Shown here one piece after another: positions 12,501-27,400 of a stretch of DNA of 64,000 nt. The notes under the pieces are model-generated. The model saw only the letters and a list, made by a program, of their open reading frames with translations, was not told the DNA's origin and did not search any database. Origin of the DNA: Owenia fusiformis. Taxonomy: Eukaryota. The stretch covers positions 6,944,001 to 7,008,000 of the forward strand of contig CAIIXF020000001.1 of assembly GCA_903813345.2 (NCBI GenBank). The letters are read 5' to 3'. The number at the start of each line of letters is the position of its first letter. Position 1 is the first letter of the stretch. A program made the translations under genes and the position numbers.

Positions 12501-14794
12501 ATCTGGATCCATATATGAATGAATACTAGTATGGCATTTTATTTTGCTGTTTGTTATAATTACACACTGTATGTATATATAAAAGTGAAGATAAAAATAT
12601 TCAATGGAATTCATATGGTTATTGGTATGACAAAAGAACAATGGAATGTTTTTAGCATACATGGTGCACCTTAGTGTTAAATTCAGAATACATGATGCAC
12701 TTATGTAGTAAATAAATGAACACGTTACTAGAGGTCTAGGCTTAGCACCGCACTGGAGGAAAAAATCCTTCCAGAAAGAAATAGTGGGTTTCCTCAAAAT
12801 GGCACATTAAATTGGATGTTTTGTTAAGTACAGTGGTCCTGTTTTCTAAATATAATTCTTCACTCTAGCAATTAATTTGTGGATGATGCAAAAACAAATT
12901 GACCTGAACGTTTTTGATTATTCATTCAAATGTTGACAAATGTTTTACACAAATTGTAAAAATACTGCAGCTCAAATTTAGATCAAAGATTTAACATTAT
13001 ATAGAAGTTCAAAATTAAAGTCGCAATGTATGTATTATTTGATCCAAAATAACTTAAAACTGCATGCACTTGTCATTTACGTCAATAGTGAGGTTTGATC
13101 ATCTTTAAAAAATCATTTCCAAGAAGTCACTATGACAACCAAAGTATAAATGATTTCCAATTCACAAAGATGCCAATAGCTTAGTTTCACCAAATATAAA
13201 TTTTCACTGGAAGTCAATCAAGGACTGACACATAGTATCTATCACATGCATATATAGCACTTCAAAAGCACGAGTATGAGATTCTTATTTCATTCAAACA
13301 TACTCATGTCAGTGATGATCAGTGCCACTTTAAGGGTTCGAACAGGAGATATACAATCATAATTGAAGCGAAGCTATTAATATTTTGCTCCATTGAAATC
13401 TGCACAACAACTAATAATATCGTATATATCAATATTAACACCTATTTTAGAGTATGCAGCATATGTATATTGATACTATTTCTAGTAAAATATTATGGCT
13501 CAGAAAAATATAGATGTCTCTGTACTGTCACAGCACCTCTGCTATAGATGTCTCCATTATTGATGTAAGCATAGTACATTGTATATACAAACATGTACAA
13601 CATAGACAATTCAATAATGCATCTATGTAAAACATAGACAATGCACCTATGTACAACATAGATAATGCACCTGTATATGGGGCCAACACTTATCTACTGT
13701 TGCTTTAAGGTAGTCCCTAAACTAGACAATATTTACATGGTTCTTGGATAATATTTACAACACCTGGACATTCATTAAGCAACTCTACTTCTGAACCTGC
13801 CAAAATATATACATTTTATATCTTCTTGTAGTTCATGAATGGACAGTCCATATAAAGCTCATTACAGATTACATTACACAATACTGCATTAATATCATCT
13901 ATTATGATATGCAAAATTTAGTTGAGTAAAACTTGTGCAAATGCAACACCTTTGGTACCTCAAAATAGTGGTCCACTATGGGAGGTGTTCCATTTACAGA
14001 GGTTCATTCTACATTAAGTTATGGAGGTATTCCACTTCAAGGTTTAACTTTTAATCTTCCTATTTTCCTAATCAGATCATGCCTTCTCGGGTTTATATTG
14101 GAATGAATAGAATCATTTACACTTGCATAATTAAAGATCCTAAACAGCACTTGGGTGTAAACAACCTTTTGGAAGGCGCGTCTTATTAATTAAGTTGAAA
14201 TCAAAGATCAATTTAATTGTCACTTGCATTCTTTATATATTCCATGTAATGACCGGTCTCATTATGAGCTTATTGGCCTTTAGTAGACTACTGACAGAGA
14301 CCTAGTGCAATTTGGTGTTTTACTTATGTCATAAGTCAACAATCAATATTGTAGACTGCTTTCACTACAGTTAATTGTTAACTAACATTAACATAGATGG
14401 CAACTTACATTAAAGGAATTAGAAGAGACTGAGAGTGTAAAATGTTTGAGGTAAACTTTTCAAAAAGCAAGATTCTTTTTTTTGAAAATGAAAAAAATGA
14501 GACATCTCATCACATATACAGTAGATTATTAATTAGAATTAAAAGAGTTCCTATTAAAAACTGACTAATCTGATCTGAAATTTAGTTAAGTTAGAACTGT
14601 TGGAGTTTGAAATTAGGGATGACTTGGCAAGTCTCAACTTGACTCTCCCTCATCTACTTCCTTTAAGAAAAATATTGGAATGACTTAAAATGGCGAGTTC
14701 AGTATAAATTGTAGATGTATAGTAATCTAGCAAAATATGATGTTGGTTGGTTTATTCCACATTTAGTATAATACCAGTGAATAAATCATGTTAA

Positions 14795-15207
14795 AGGCCC
14801 AGTCTTGGAATCGAGTCAAGCTATAAACCAAGCTGTCACAGCTCAGCCAATCAGTGCAAATATTATGTGGTCAGTTTAAATGTCCAGCATATAAAGAACC
14901 ACATGGTCTGCTACATAAGAGATATAGCCTGGTGGTATGTTTGTTAACCTTTAGACAGACAAGAGAATTGTCTTATTTCACAAAAACAAAACAACATTTT
15001 CGGAATTTGATTAGAAAATAAAATATCAATTATAGATTCATGAACCACTGTTACAAAAAAGAGCGTGTATCTCACCATTACAATCCTGCTATAGTAGAAA
15101 GTTTGGAAAATTCTCATTTTGTATGATCTGGACATTTAAACTGCCATATAGGCCACATTTGGTTGCTGTGGGCTGTTCCATCTGTCTTTTATACCCACTT
15201 TGGGTCT
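14795..15207. mobile_element. Probable Kolobok-like MITE (TTAA flanks)
   Basis: TTAA|AGGCCCAG ... TTGGGTCT|TTAA; short imperfect TIR. Confidence 0.5.
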
Positions 15208-15489
15208 TTAACAAAAATAATATTACATTTTATTTTCTTCATAAAATTTGAACTACACATATGATGCTGAAATAAGCTCAAGTAGTTGACAATAAAGTAT
15301 CTTTGATCTTTGATCCACTGTATAGACAATAACTCTAAATACACATACAAAAATACTTCTTAATCTATCTGATGCAATACTCCTTTGGCCTCTAAATAGT
15401 AAATACACTAGCATACTAGCTGATAGAATGTTTCTATATTAATTACAACAAATGATAGAGAAAATAATATCAGTCAATATACTGAAAAA

Positions 15490-18400
15490 TTAGGTGTGTT
15501 GTTGGTTTACAAAATGTAGCGTAAACTCATTCTTGTCTGAACACACCTTATGACATATGCTACACTCCCATGGGCTGGTTGTGCCATGCAGAGAGAGATG
15601 CAAGAAATACATGCCTCGCTCGTAGAATAGAATATCGCAGTGGACACATCTGAATAACCGACCCTGTGTAACATAATAGGAGATAACTTCCTCAAGATCT
15701 GGGTAACCAGGAATTGGGGAGTTGTGCTGAACTGAGATTTCTCTCATTTGGGCTTGTGTAGTGGGACTAAAAAGCGTAGCATGGCTTGCGAATAATGATT
15801 GGCCCTGACTGAGGAGATTCGTTATGGCGGATGTATGGGGGACACTGTCAGAGTTGGGGGTCAGGAATCCTGTATGGATATCAAGAGGGGTCATGAACCG
15901 TGCACCGGGAACACCTGGTATAGATATGGGACTGTAGTGACGTGGTCTTCGCGGGAAAGCTTCATCAATAGATGGCAGTGGCATATTCTTCTGATCGGGA
16001 CTCAACATTTGCCTGGCTTGGCCAGGTCCTGGTTGAGGACTAATTGGACTAATGCTACTGGAATGACTCCTGGGACTCCGGCCACTGCCCCTATCTTCAA
16101 TACCTCGCCCATTTGTGGTTGAGATTTCACAATTAGCTTCCCCTTGACTTTCCCTCGACTCTGCTCTTTCTTTCTTTATTATGACACTCTTCTGATGCTG
16201 TGTCATACTGTCCACAGGGGGTAGCATAGTGGTGGTGGTTGGGCTAGCTACAATGGACATAGAGAGATTCTCAGGCAGGCTGTGGTCTGGTACTGGCGAG
16301 CCACCAGAGCCATCAACTATGTCGTGAGGTATCCCAGAAGGACTGGCTATCTGAGTACAGCTATCTTCTGCTATAATCGTCTGCTCCACACTTGCCCTGC
16401 GCTTGTCACGGGTATCTAATATCTGAATTAAATCATAATAATTATCATATTACACTTTCTAAAGTGGAAAACAGAAAATCTAAATATTTAGCCATGCAAT
16501 AATCTTAAATAATGATGATTTAATTAGATGAATGATGATTTAATTAGGGACACTTAATGATTAAAATAGCCAACATTATGCGACTGTTAAGCACAGGTAG
16601 ATGTAGGATCTTGTGGGCTATACCCTGGTTTAATCCACTAGAAGTGCATCAATAGCACTCTCCAAACAAAATTTGTTTTTGAGAGTTGACATATCATTTA
16701 AAATAATACATTCCAGGAAACTCATATTTTGACTTTTAGTTACAAAAGGTTGATATTGTTTATTGGGCGTAATATTTTCTTAGTGCCAAAACTCATCTTT
16801 GATTACTCTAAATCTGGGTTACCTGTGGCGCATGTAGATCTATGAGATGTCTGTTAAGGTCTGTAGCATTCTGTGTACTGTACTTGCAGAAGTTACAACA
16901 CAACATAGGTTGAGGCTCATTGAACAGGTGGCGTTTCATCACCTCCTCCTCCTTCATATCAAGTCTGCAATGAGGGTGAAATAACTTATTTTTGTTAGAC
17001 TCAATTGCTACCATAATGGTTACTACAGATCAAATTGCTACCATAATGGTCATTATAGATCCAATTGCTACCATAAAGGTCCTTATAGATCCAATTGCTA
17101 CCATAATGATCACTATAGAACCAATTTTTACCATAATGGTGACTACAGATCAAATTGCTACCATAATGGTCACTATAGATTCAATTGCTACCATGATGGT
17201 CATTAAAGATCTAACTGCTACCATAAAGGTCCTTAAAGATCCAATTGCTACCATAATGATCACTATAGAACCAATTTTTACCATAATGGTCACTACAGAT
17301 CAAATTGCTACCATAATGGTCACTATAGATTCAATTGTTACCATAATGGTCACTATAGATCCAATTGTTACCATAATGGTCATTATAGATCCAAATGGTA
17401 CCATAAAGGTCCTTAAACATCCAATTGCTACCATAATGATCACTATAGAACCAATTTTTACCATAATGGTCACTACAGATCAAATTGCTACCATAATGAT
17501 CACTATAGAACCAATTTTTACCATAATGGTCACTACAGATCAAATTGCTACCATAATGGTCACTATAGATTCAATTTCTACCATAATGGTCATTAATGGT
17601 CATTATAGGCCCAATTGTTACCATAATGGTTACTACAGATCAAATTGGTACCATAATGGTCATTATAGACCCAATTGTTACCATAAAGGTCACTACAGAT
17701 CAAATTGGTACCATAATGGTCAATATAGATCCAATTGCTACCATAATGGTCATTATAGACCCAATTGTTACCATAATGGTCACTACATATCTAATTGCTA
17801 CCATAATGGTCATTATAGATCTAATTGCTACCATAATGGTCACTAAGATCTAATTGCTACCATAATGGTCAATACAGATCCAATTGCTACCATAGCAGTC
17901 ACTACAGATCTAATTTCTACCATAATGGTCACTAAAGGTCTAATTGCGAACATAAAGCATAAGATCACTATTGACTTATATGCTACCATAATGTTTACTA
18001 TGGACCCAGCAGCAATATAGAGAAAGGGAATGTCTGATAATCATTCTTTTATTGTAAAATATACTGCCAATGGAACCTGACTGAATGATTCAACTTATTA
18101 TTTCAATAGCCTGAAGTATTATCAAATAAATGCATTAATCATGGAATCATTATACCTGTACATCTATTATCATGTTATCATTTGGCTGATAGAATGACAT
18201 ATTGTTTAAATGAAATTATATATGGCTATGTGCGTAATAGCACCCACTCACATCTAACAGCACAGGCTGATTGCAAGGTATTACTTTTTGAGCAATAAAT
18301 AGATACTGCAGAACATGTACTGCATATATATATCCAAACACTGCTTTAATTAATCCAAACAATTTCCAATTGGAACAGATTTTCCATATTCCTTCCATTG

Positions 18401-21400
18401 ACTCACGGGGGAGTGGATGTTAAAAGACAAAGAATGAACACTTCCAAATTTGAACATCTTTGAACAATTAAACAGTTTAAAATCAAACAAATATGAAAAT
18501 GGCACGATTCGGTTGGTTCAATTGTCTACATATGGTGAAAAACATGATTTTTTGATGACAAAAAAGGTGATTACTCAGAATCCTGACATAGGTAGGATAA
18601 AGGCCAATGGAGTAAATTACCAGAAAAGACCAAAGAAAATGGATATGAGCATTAATTCAGACATTAGACAGTTTTCAATTGTCCTAAAATTGAGGAATGA
18701 ATGGACATAGAGAGAAATGAGCAGTTGATCCCAAAGGCTCACTATGTCAGTGTACGACAAAAAAACTCAAAATGCGAACACAACCTCATCCAAACACTTT
18801 TAATCAGTTCCAGTAATGTATCTATTAAACAAGTTTTACTGTATGCACAATTGATTATCTTCCATCAAACAGCTCATAATGATTGCTTTGATGAACGCAA
18901 TATTCACAACATAAAGCATGCTTTCATGAGGAGGCTGATAAATAATTGACATTTAACAATGTGTTCAGGTAAAAACAAATGCATGATGTAAATTACTGTC
19001 TACTGCTGAGGTAATTATTGAAGTAAATATCAAGGTAATATTATCATAGTTGTGTGAACTTAAGCCATCCATTAGACTTCAGATAGTATTGTAAAGCCCC
19101 CTCAAATTAAATGTTTATTTATTACTACCTGTCTCTTTAACCCAAAAACATTTTTTGTTTTTAGTTTTGTCAATCAATTCTACATATTTTGGAAATGTTT
19201 AAAAGAGTGAAGCAAACAAAAAAGGCATTTAAAATGCAAAATGTCACCACCTGACATTTATTACAGATGCCAACCACATTTCCCATAAGGACTATGTAAC
19301 ACTTACAAAAGACAGGACACATGTTTTGAGAACCGTTATAAATATATGTTAATTTGCAAATTTTATATAAGGGAGGCCAATAATGTAATGTTTTACCTAG
19401 GCCTTCCTAGTATGTTAACAAGTGTAAAATCTTATTGCAAATAAATAAAACTTAACCTTAAAAAAAAATGCCAACCACCTAACATCAACCATCGAACACC
19501 ATCCACCAAACACCATCCATCATGTGGTGGTGACATAAAAAACTGATCACCTGGTTTTACACGGTGTATAACCCAAACGCTCCTACATGCACGACGGAGC
19601 ATTTCATTACTGAAATTAAACAAAGAAACGCTCCGGAGTAGGAAAACTGGCTGGCGGGAATGATGAGCCGTCTGACGATTTCCCCAATAATGGGAATAAG
19701 AGGTATGAGTTACATATTTCGAGTATACCATTCGATGGGTGTGATATTCATGTTGTACTTGGCTGGCTGTTGACGTTTGAAGCGATTAGGAAGAGCTGTA
19801 CGAAGCAGTATAGTTATCAAAATCCAAAAACGTATTTGTCATTCTACCGGTCAAAACCCATTTTGTCGATACATGTGATAGTTGAGCCAAGATTAGAGCA
19901 CCAACGTATATTTTAGTCAAATTCCAATACTTCAACGCACCATACATTATCGTAATAGTGATTTGATGACCGAAAATCCAGTCTTAAAAATGATGACATT
20001 CTCATATTCAAGAAACGCTCCGATCTGGTTAACACAGTGAACTGGAAACGCTCCGGTAGTCTAGATCTGTTTAGGAAATATATAGCTTGCCTTTCCTTTT
20101 CAGGAAGAGAAGGGAATTAAGATATATTATACCCCTTGGCATCAAAAGAAGATTAATTCACATATAAATTTTCGTTTTTTTCTATAGTTTTATGATCTAG
20201 CACACATGTAGGCATACCATCATCTAATGTAGGCTTAAATCAGCTTGTTGCACGTTTAGCACCACCAGGTTCAGATGTTTCAATTTGCCTAACAAGTACA
20301 ACACGTTTTTAAGAGATAGATTCCATTCGGAACTCTTCTCTAATAATCTGAAAATGATATCAAAAGAAAATGGTAAGAGCGTTTCTAAAATTGTGTTCTA
20401 AATCGACGGAGCGTTTCGAGGAAAACAAGCGATTTCTTGAGAACAAGTAATGGATTTGGACTGGGATTTTAAGAAATGAGAATATACGAGTTTGTGATCT
20501 ACTACTTTAACAGAAATATTCACGTTTTCATAGAAATACTAATTTAATTCGTAATTTGTGATCAAATCGTCATCTTCAGATTCGTTCGATCTACACTACG
20601 GAGCTTTGATCAAGCAAATAACAGTTTACCACCAGAAGTTGAATAAATAAGATCTTTGCTCACGGTATTGTTCATCGAATGGTACATAATATTTCACCAT
20701 AACATATGATATGTAAGAGAAACGAGAGAAACAATACTTACGGTCATAGTGGAATCTTCATTAGCCGCCATTTTATTTCGCTCCGGAGCGTTTCCGCGTA
20801 AATGAAACGCTCCGTCGTGCATGTAGGAGCGTTTGGGTTATACACCGTGTTTTATGTTTAGGTGCAACTGTTGTGCTTTTAGCTTTTAAACTGATAATAA
20901 CATAAATAATGCTTATCATTCAATAAAGATGCAGCTAAATGAATTTTCTGTTTAGGGCTCAGATCAAATGATTGCAGTGCTAGGTCACTTTATACTTCCC
21001 CCAGCAACTCTCAAACCCTTAGAACGAGCACCAGTTCTGTTATAATGAAAGCTTTAAGAACATGTATTGTGTAGATCCTGCACATGTAGACACATAACTA
21101 CGGAAAATATGGTTGCTATGTTGTTAGCTATGAGAATAATGCATGACCACAATATGATATATATGTGTATCATACATTGAATAGAAATGATGAATGACAT
21201 TAACCTTATTTCCAATAGCAACGTCAAATAAACTGACAACATAATAATATTTAGAACTTTGTCAACAAATCATCATAACATTGGTTGTACTATATTTAGG
21301 TACATGTTGATCTTACGTTTTCAACAGTTTTTATTTCTACTTTAGAGGATGTTTTCAATATTTCGCTGAACGTACGGGGTGTGCCAAAAATCTATCTATC

Positions 21401-24400
21401 ATATTTAAGTAATGTTGAAGTAAAGCAACAAACACCAGATGGGATTCCCGAGTGATAGAGTTGATATTTTTCAGAGGATTCCTCAAAAGCTTATGATCAA
21501 TTAAATAAGGTCTATTTTGATTTTGATGTATTTTTGTTTATCAGATAGAAAAAAGGAATATAAATCAAATGATGAGCAAAGCATTGTAAATGGTGGGTTA
21601 AATATGGTTGACATTTTTTCTGTGCAAAGTGCTGCACTATTGGTCTGGGTATCACGTATAAAAAATGTAAAAAATTATGAGTCAAGCTGGAAGCATATGT
21701 TCCTTTACTTTATAAAAAGAATGGGACATGTAGATATATTTGATTACAATATAAAATATGCAGATTTGAAACCAAAATTAAAACAGGATGAAATGCCATC
21801 ATTTTATGTTGAACTTGTTAAACAATGGTTAGACAATAAAGATTTACATAATGAATTAAACAATGAAGATATATTATGGAATAACCACAGTTTGAGATAT
21901 GGTAGAAAGGTTATATATTTTGAAGAATGGGTCAAAAGGGGTATAAAGAAACTTAGACAGATTATTGATGAAAATGATAAAATAAAGGAGTTTGAGGAAA
22001 TTTTAAATGTCATAGGCCCAAGACCAGAGTTAAGAATGCAATATAATTTGTTAAAATCTTAAAGATTTTTACAATTTTATTGTATAATAAAACCATTGTT
22101 CGCAAAAGCAATGAAAATATGTATAATAATATTGTTATAGCAACAGCAAAATTAAAAGACTATAAAAATATAATAATCAAAAATCAAACAGAACTACCTA
22201 ATATTCCTGGAAAATGGAGGGAAGAGGGTGATATAGATATGAAATTGTTATTTAGAACAGTTCAATGTCTGAAGGAGCCAAGACTTAGGTCCCTTTATTA
22301 TAAGATAATTTTTAAAATATACCCAACGAATGAACTACTGTATAAGATGAAAAAGAAAGATGATAATGAATGTGAAAAATGTAAATTAAGAGACACATAC
22401 AAGCATTTCTTTGTTGAGTGTCCACATATTAAACAGGTTTGGGAATTGGTGAAAAAATATTGTCAAGATAAATTTAACAAAAATATTGATCTTAGTCCAA
22501 CAGAAAAATTGATAGGGACAAAGGATCAAAAAATTAATGTAGTTATTTCAGTGGCACATAATGTTATAAGCAAATACAAAAAGGGAAACCATCCAAATTT
22601 GGAGTTTTTATCTAACTTTGAAATATTGATTAGAAAAATGTAAGTGTTAAACAACCTGTTGCTGTTGCTAGTATTGTATTATGTTATTTGTATACTTGTA
22701 TCTTGCATTAGGAAATAATAAAAAAAAAAAAAAAAAAAAACGATGAGCTATTCATACATAACCAACCATAATGTAACAAGAATTGGACTATTTCATTGCT
22801 AACAAATAAAGAAATAATTCACAAAGGTCACATTTCAGGTCACAACACACTATCAAAACAACAATTTACTTTCTTGTGTTAGACCATATTCGCTCTAATG
22901 AACACACAGTGCTCTTCGAAAATAAGCTTTTGAAATTTAAAAGGGAAAAGATATTGAAAGATTCTAATAAGCGCACATGGATAAATTACAGGCAAAGTGA
23001 CAGGGAAATGTTTTGATAAACGGCAAAAAGATATCAAAAAGCTTGAAGTCCTGTTGAAAAAGGAGTAAAGCATTCTTTGCTGGAAAGTCAATATTGAATT
23101 TTCATGAGATAACATCATTATGTAAAAGTCGCATGTCCACTCATTGGAACTGTGTGCTCATTAGACAGAATACGGTAAGCTCTAATATTTTATTTAAATT
23201 GATTATTTAAATAGTTTGCAAGGGTTCTATGTGGCCAACCATATCTATTGATGCATTAAAGTTTTCCTGTAGTTCAAGATTAATATAATGGTTTTCTATT
23301 GCTATGCAAAAAATCAATAAAATAAGTGAACCGATACAAAAATTCCACAATGGTGATGATTATCTGTGATATTATTTCAATTGCAAATTACTTCAATGAT
23401 AATATTTAATTCTCTGACATATTGATTTGTAATCATATCAGTCATAATTCCTCAGTAAATGCATTAGAAAAGAAAAAACAGAAATAATATTCATAAATCA
23501 AAAATGAACTTTTGTATAGGAAAACATACATCTTGAATATAAAACATAACTATGTACTCAACTACTGTTCAGCTGTATGTTGTATTGTAACATATTAATT
23601 TTCGAAATGGAATACAGAGAAAATGGCAAATAATAAAAATATGATATGCAATTTGAAATAAGACCCGCTAAAGTATTGGAAAAACAGAATCGACACAATT
23701 CCAGGAACGTAAAGAGTCAGTAATTGTAAATAGTAATATACATTATTACATATTTGTAAAATAAGATTCAAAACAGAAAAGAAAAGGTAAATAATCTACT
23801 GTAAGTCCATTATACATTATAATGTCCATATAGCTAGTAATACTGTTCAATGCTTTCTCAGGTAATATTGATTAGGAGTATCAAATGAAAGCTATTGAAA
23901 TATAAGTTGATTTCATTTGATCAATGGCCCTGACTTGAATAAGATAGATAGAATAATACTCTTAAAGACATTAAAGCATCCAACATGATAATTCAATTCG
24001 TCCATCTGAAACTATAATGTATCAGACTAACAACCAATAGTAAGACAACAGTTTACTCACAAATAGAACAATAATCAAATTGTAAACATCTTTAAGGCAT
24101 TACAGATGCCACCGAACACCGTCCATTAAATACCCTTTGCATTCTTTTGACTTCACTTCTCAAAAGAGAGCTTCGTCTTCACTCTTTCAGTTTACAATAA
24201 ATCTCTGATCTCACCAAGCCAATCAGAGTTCATCGTCGAAATAAAGACGACTTTCTATAAGGTCATTTTCTCTGACACCCCGCATGAGCACTTATTTAGC
24301 ACATGTTCCTCCCTCTTGGCTGATTGGTTGAGAAAGGGTCAGCATGGTGAATTTAAAATGATTTCTTACCCAGGCTGTCAAAGGCACCAATCTTCGGGGC

Positions 24401-27400
24401 AGGACTGCTAAACTGTAATATTGTCTATACTAGGAAGAGGGTAGTTTATAACTAGACTGCGCACAGGGTATCCATTAAGAAGTTGGACACTGTAACAATA
24501 TGTCACCAGTTCTGGTGGTGACCTAATGAGGCATGATATAAGTTGCATGAGTGTATTTAAGGAGACATATCTGGTGATTTTGCATTATGCATTATTATTG
24601 CATAATGCTATAAATACAACAAAGCATTCACATGCAAAATGCCATCACCTGCCATTTGTTACAGACGCTGAATGCCACCCAAAAAAAGTTGGAAGACTTT
24701 AACAATATGTTACCATTTGTGAAAGTGACATAAAAAAGTATATGTGCTTACTTGAGTGTCTTGGAGCATGATGTACATGTGTTTGTGTCTCCATTCTTTG
24801 TCCGCATGTCTTTCTTAGTTGCACTGAAAAATGAATATAATGTACAAGATAGTCAATAGTAACATGGGCTTTCAATTCTAGTTGAAAGCCCATGATAGTA
24901 ATAAGTTCGCAATATGTAACAAACATATTTTATCATATATTGTATGCAATAACTACACCATTTCACTAGCAATTGCATACATAGTTGGAATGATGCCACA
25001 TTATAATAAAAAACAAACTATGCAGTGATTATAAAATAAAAATGAATTTCACAACTTGAAGGCTTGAAGACCACTGTAACAATATTCATGAGTTCAATGT
25101 CATATGTTTAGGACTTGGGGAGGTAAAATGTTGTTTAGGTAGAAAAAACCCTCCCTACCACATCATTTAGATCTACTTTTTATTTTTATCTCTAAAGAAT
25201 AATTAAAAATTAATGAGTATGTTCATTCAATACTCTATTCCCAAGGGGATATATATACCAAGTTTAGTTGCAATTGAATGAATATAAGATGCTGCCTCAA
25301 AATTGTCTCACTAATTTATTTATCTAGAATTTACCTTTTCCCACAAACGCTGCAATGGAATGGTTTTTTGTGGACCAGACGGTGCTGGATGAGATTCGAC
25401 CTGGCTGCAAACTTCTTGTCACACAGGTTGCAAGCATACGGCCTATTGCCAAAATGTAAATTCTGATGCTCCATTAAGATATGCTTGTAGCCAAACCTAT
25501 AACAGTACATATATTAAGAGCTTGACATATGAGTATAAAAGAGATACACCCCATGCAGACAGATTGCCTAAAATTACATTTGTATGATGCGAGACTCAAC
25601 ATTCACCAGGAAAGTAGAAATATTTTGTCACCCATGAAGCAAATCAATTTTTTACTGCTTTAACATATTCAATGACAGTCACATTGAGTTCTGTAAGGAT
25701 GAGAATAGCATGACGTCTTGATATTTCAATGTAACTCATCTCAAAAGTGATGGCGGTGATTGAAATTACGATGTAAAGATACAAACGAAACGAACTGTCA
25801 CATATCCAATTTCTCAAAACAGAAAAAAACATGTATAAATAGTAAGGCATGCAGGTCGGATTCTTCTTGGTTGGTAGAATTAACATTGGTCTCATGCATG
25901 TCATACAATTAATATCTTAAACCCAACTAATATTTGAACTTATGATCGGACATAAGTATGATGTTACTTTATTACCTTGAAGTACACATCATACTTATGT
26001 CCGATCATACGTTTGAATAATAGTTGCGGTTCAAATATTAATTGTATGACTTATACTAGACCAGTGTTAATGCTACCAGGGGGAATCGGACATCCAGGGT
26101 TTACTTTTTATACATGTTTTTTCTGATTTGAAAAATTCAATATGTGATGTATATTTCTTAGTTTTTCAAAGAAATCTACAAATATTCTCCCAAGGATTTT
26201 GGTGCAAAATTCTTGATTTCATAATTTAGACCAAACTTGATCTAAATATGCCCATTTTGATGACTTTTGTTATTTTCGAGTAGGTGCAAATGGATTCACA
26301 GATGGGTGCAAGCCTATTTTTAAAATCCCAAGTGGGTTCAGCGCCTACTTGCTTTAATGCTGGGGAGATCACTGTAATACATGTATATGAGTATTTCATA
26401 TCTGACACTTAGCTGAACAAACTTTTAAAATTCTTAATCCTTATGATTTGTTGTCTCTAGTACAATGATATTGAAACACAGAAGAACAAATTGCGTCTAC
26501 TCAGTCTACTGGTAGGCTGGCCTTACTGTAAACTAGATAACGGCAACTCTACGGAGTAGCAAATCCCAACGAACAAAATATCAATTACCGAATTCCAATC
26601 AATTATACTCATTACTTTGGTTAAAATTGAAAAATTTAGATTTTAGAATTGCGAATTCTTGCAAAGCAGCCATTTTGAATTTCCTGAGGTACAAATCTGA
26701 AAAATAATACCATAATTGTGATCTACTCCAAAATTCCTTCAATTTGAGTATTATATAGCTAAGCTATACTTCAGAAAGATCTAAAAATTAGCGAAAATTT
26801 CTGTTTTCCTGACACCCCATATACAGCCCCTGGGGGTCAGGATGAAAAACACGGAATATATGTGAAATAGATAGATGTTGCGAATATACTACCAAAATTT
26901 CAAACAATAATATTAATTACTTTGGTTTAGAATGAAAAATTTATGATTTTTGCGAAAAAGTGCTATCATTTTTAAAGTGGTGGCCATCTTGAAAAAAAAT
27001 TTTTTTGCTTAAAACTATTGATCAATATACATCTTTCCACAAAATATGAAGAAAATCTGTCAACTAATATTTGAGTTTTCTTCCAGACGGACGGACTGAC
27101 TGACGGACGGCTTCACTATATCCCTACCGAACTTCGTTCGTTGGGATAATAACATATGAGGCTACTTTACAGTATTTCCTTTATTCTCTAAGAAATTTTA
27201 AAATCTGAAAGATCTGAAACTTTTGTAAAATTTTGTCAGTTCTCAAGAGTTTCAATGCGATGATGAGTACAATCTTGAACTAGACAACAGCAACGCCTAA
27301 GCGTAGCAGATCCCATCAAACAGCCATGGCTGGCATTTTTACAAACAAAGTATATAACAAAAATGGCAGCTATTTTTCAAAGTGGCCACCTTCTACCAAA

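Noticed and set aside
15799-16122. Antisense ORFs over coding exons (also 49199-49513 and 44545-44850)
   Set aside because: They overlap well-supported exons on the opposite strand and have no domain features.
16992-17853. 284-aa Ile/Thr/Met-rich ORF
   Set aside because: A 30-bp intronic minisatellite, antisense to the host gene.
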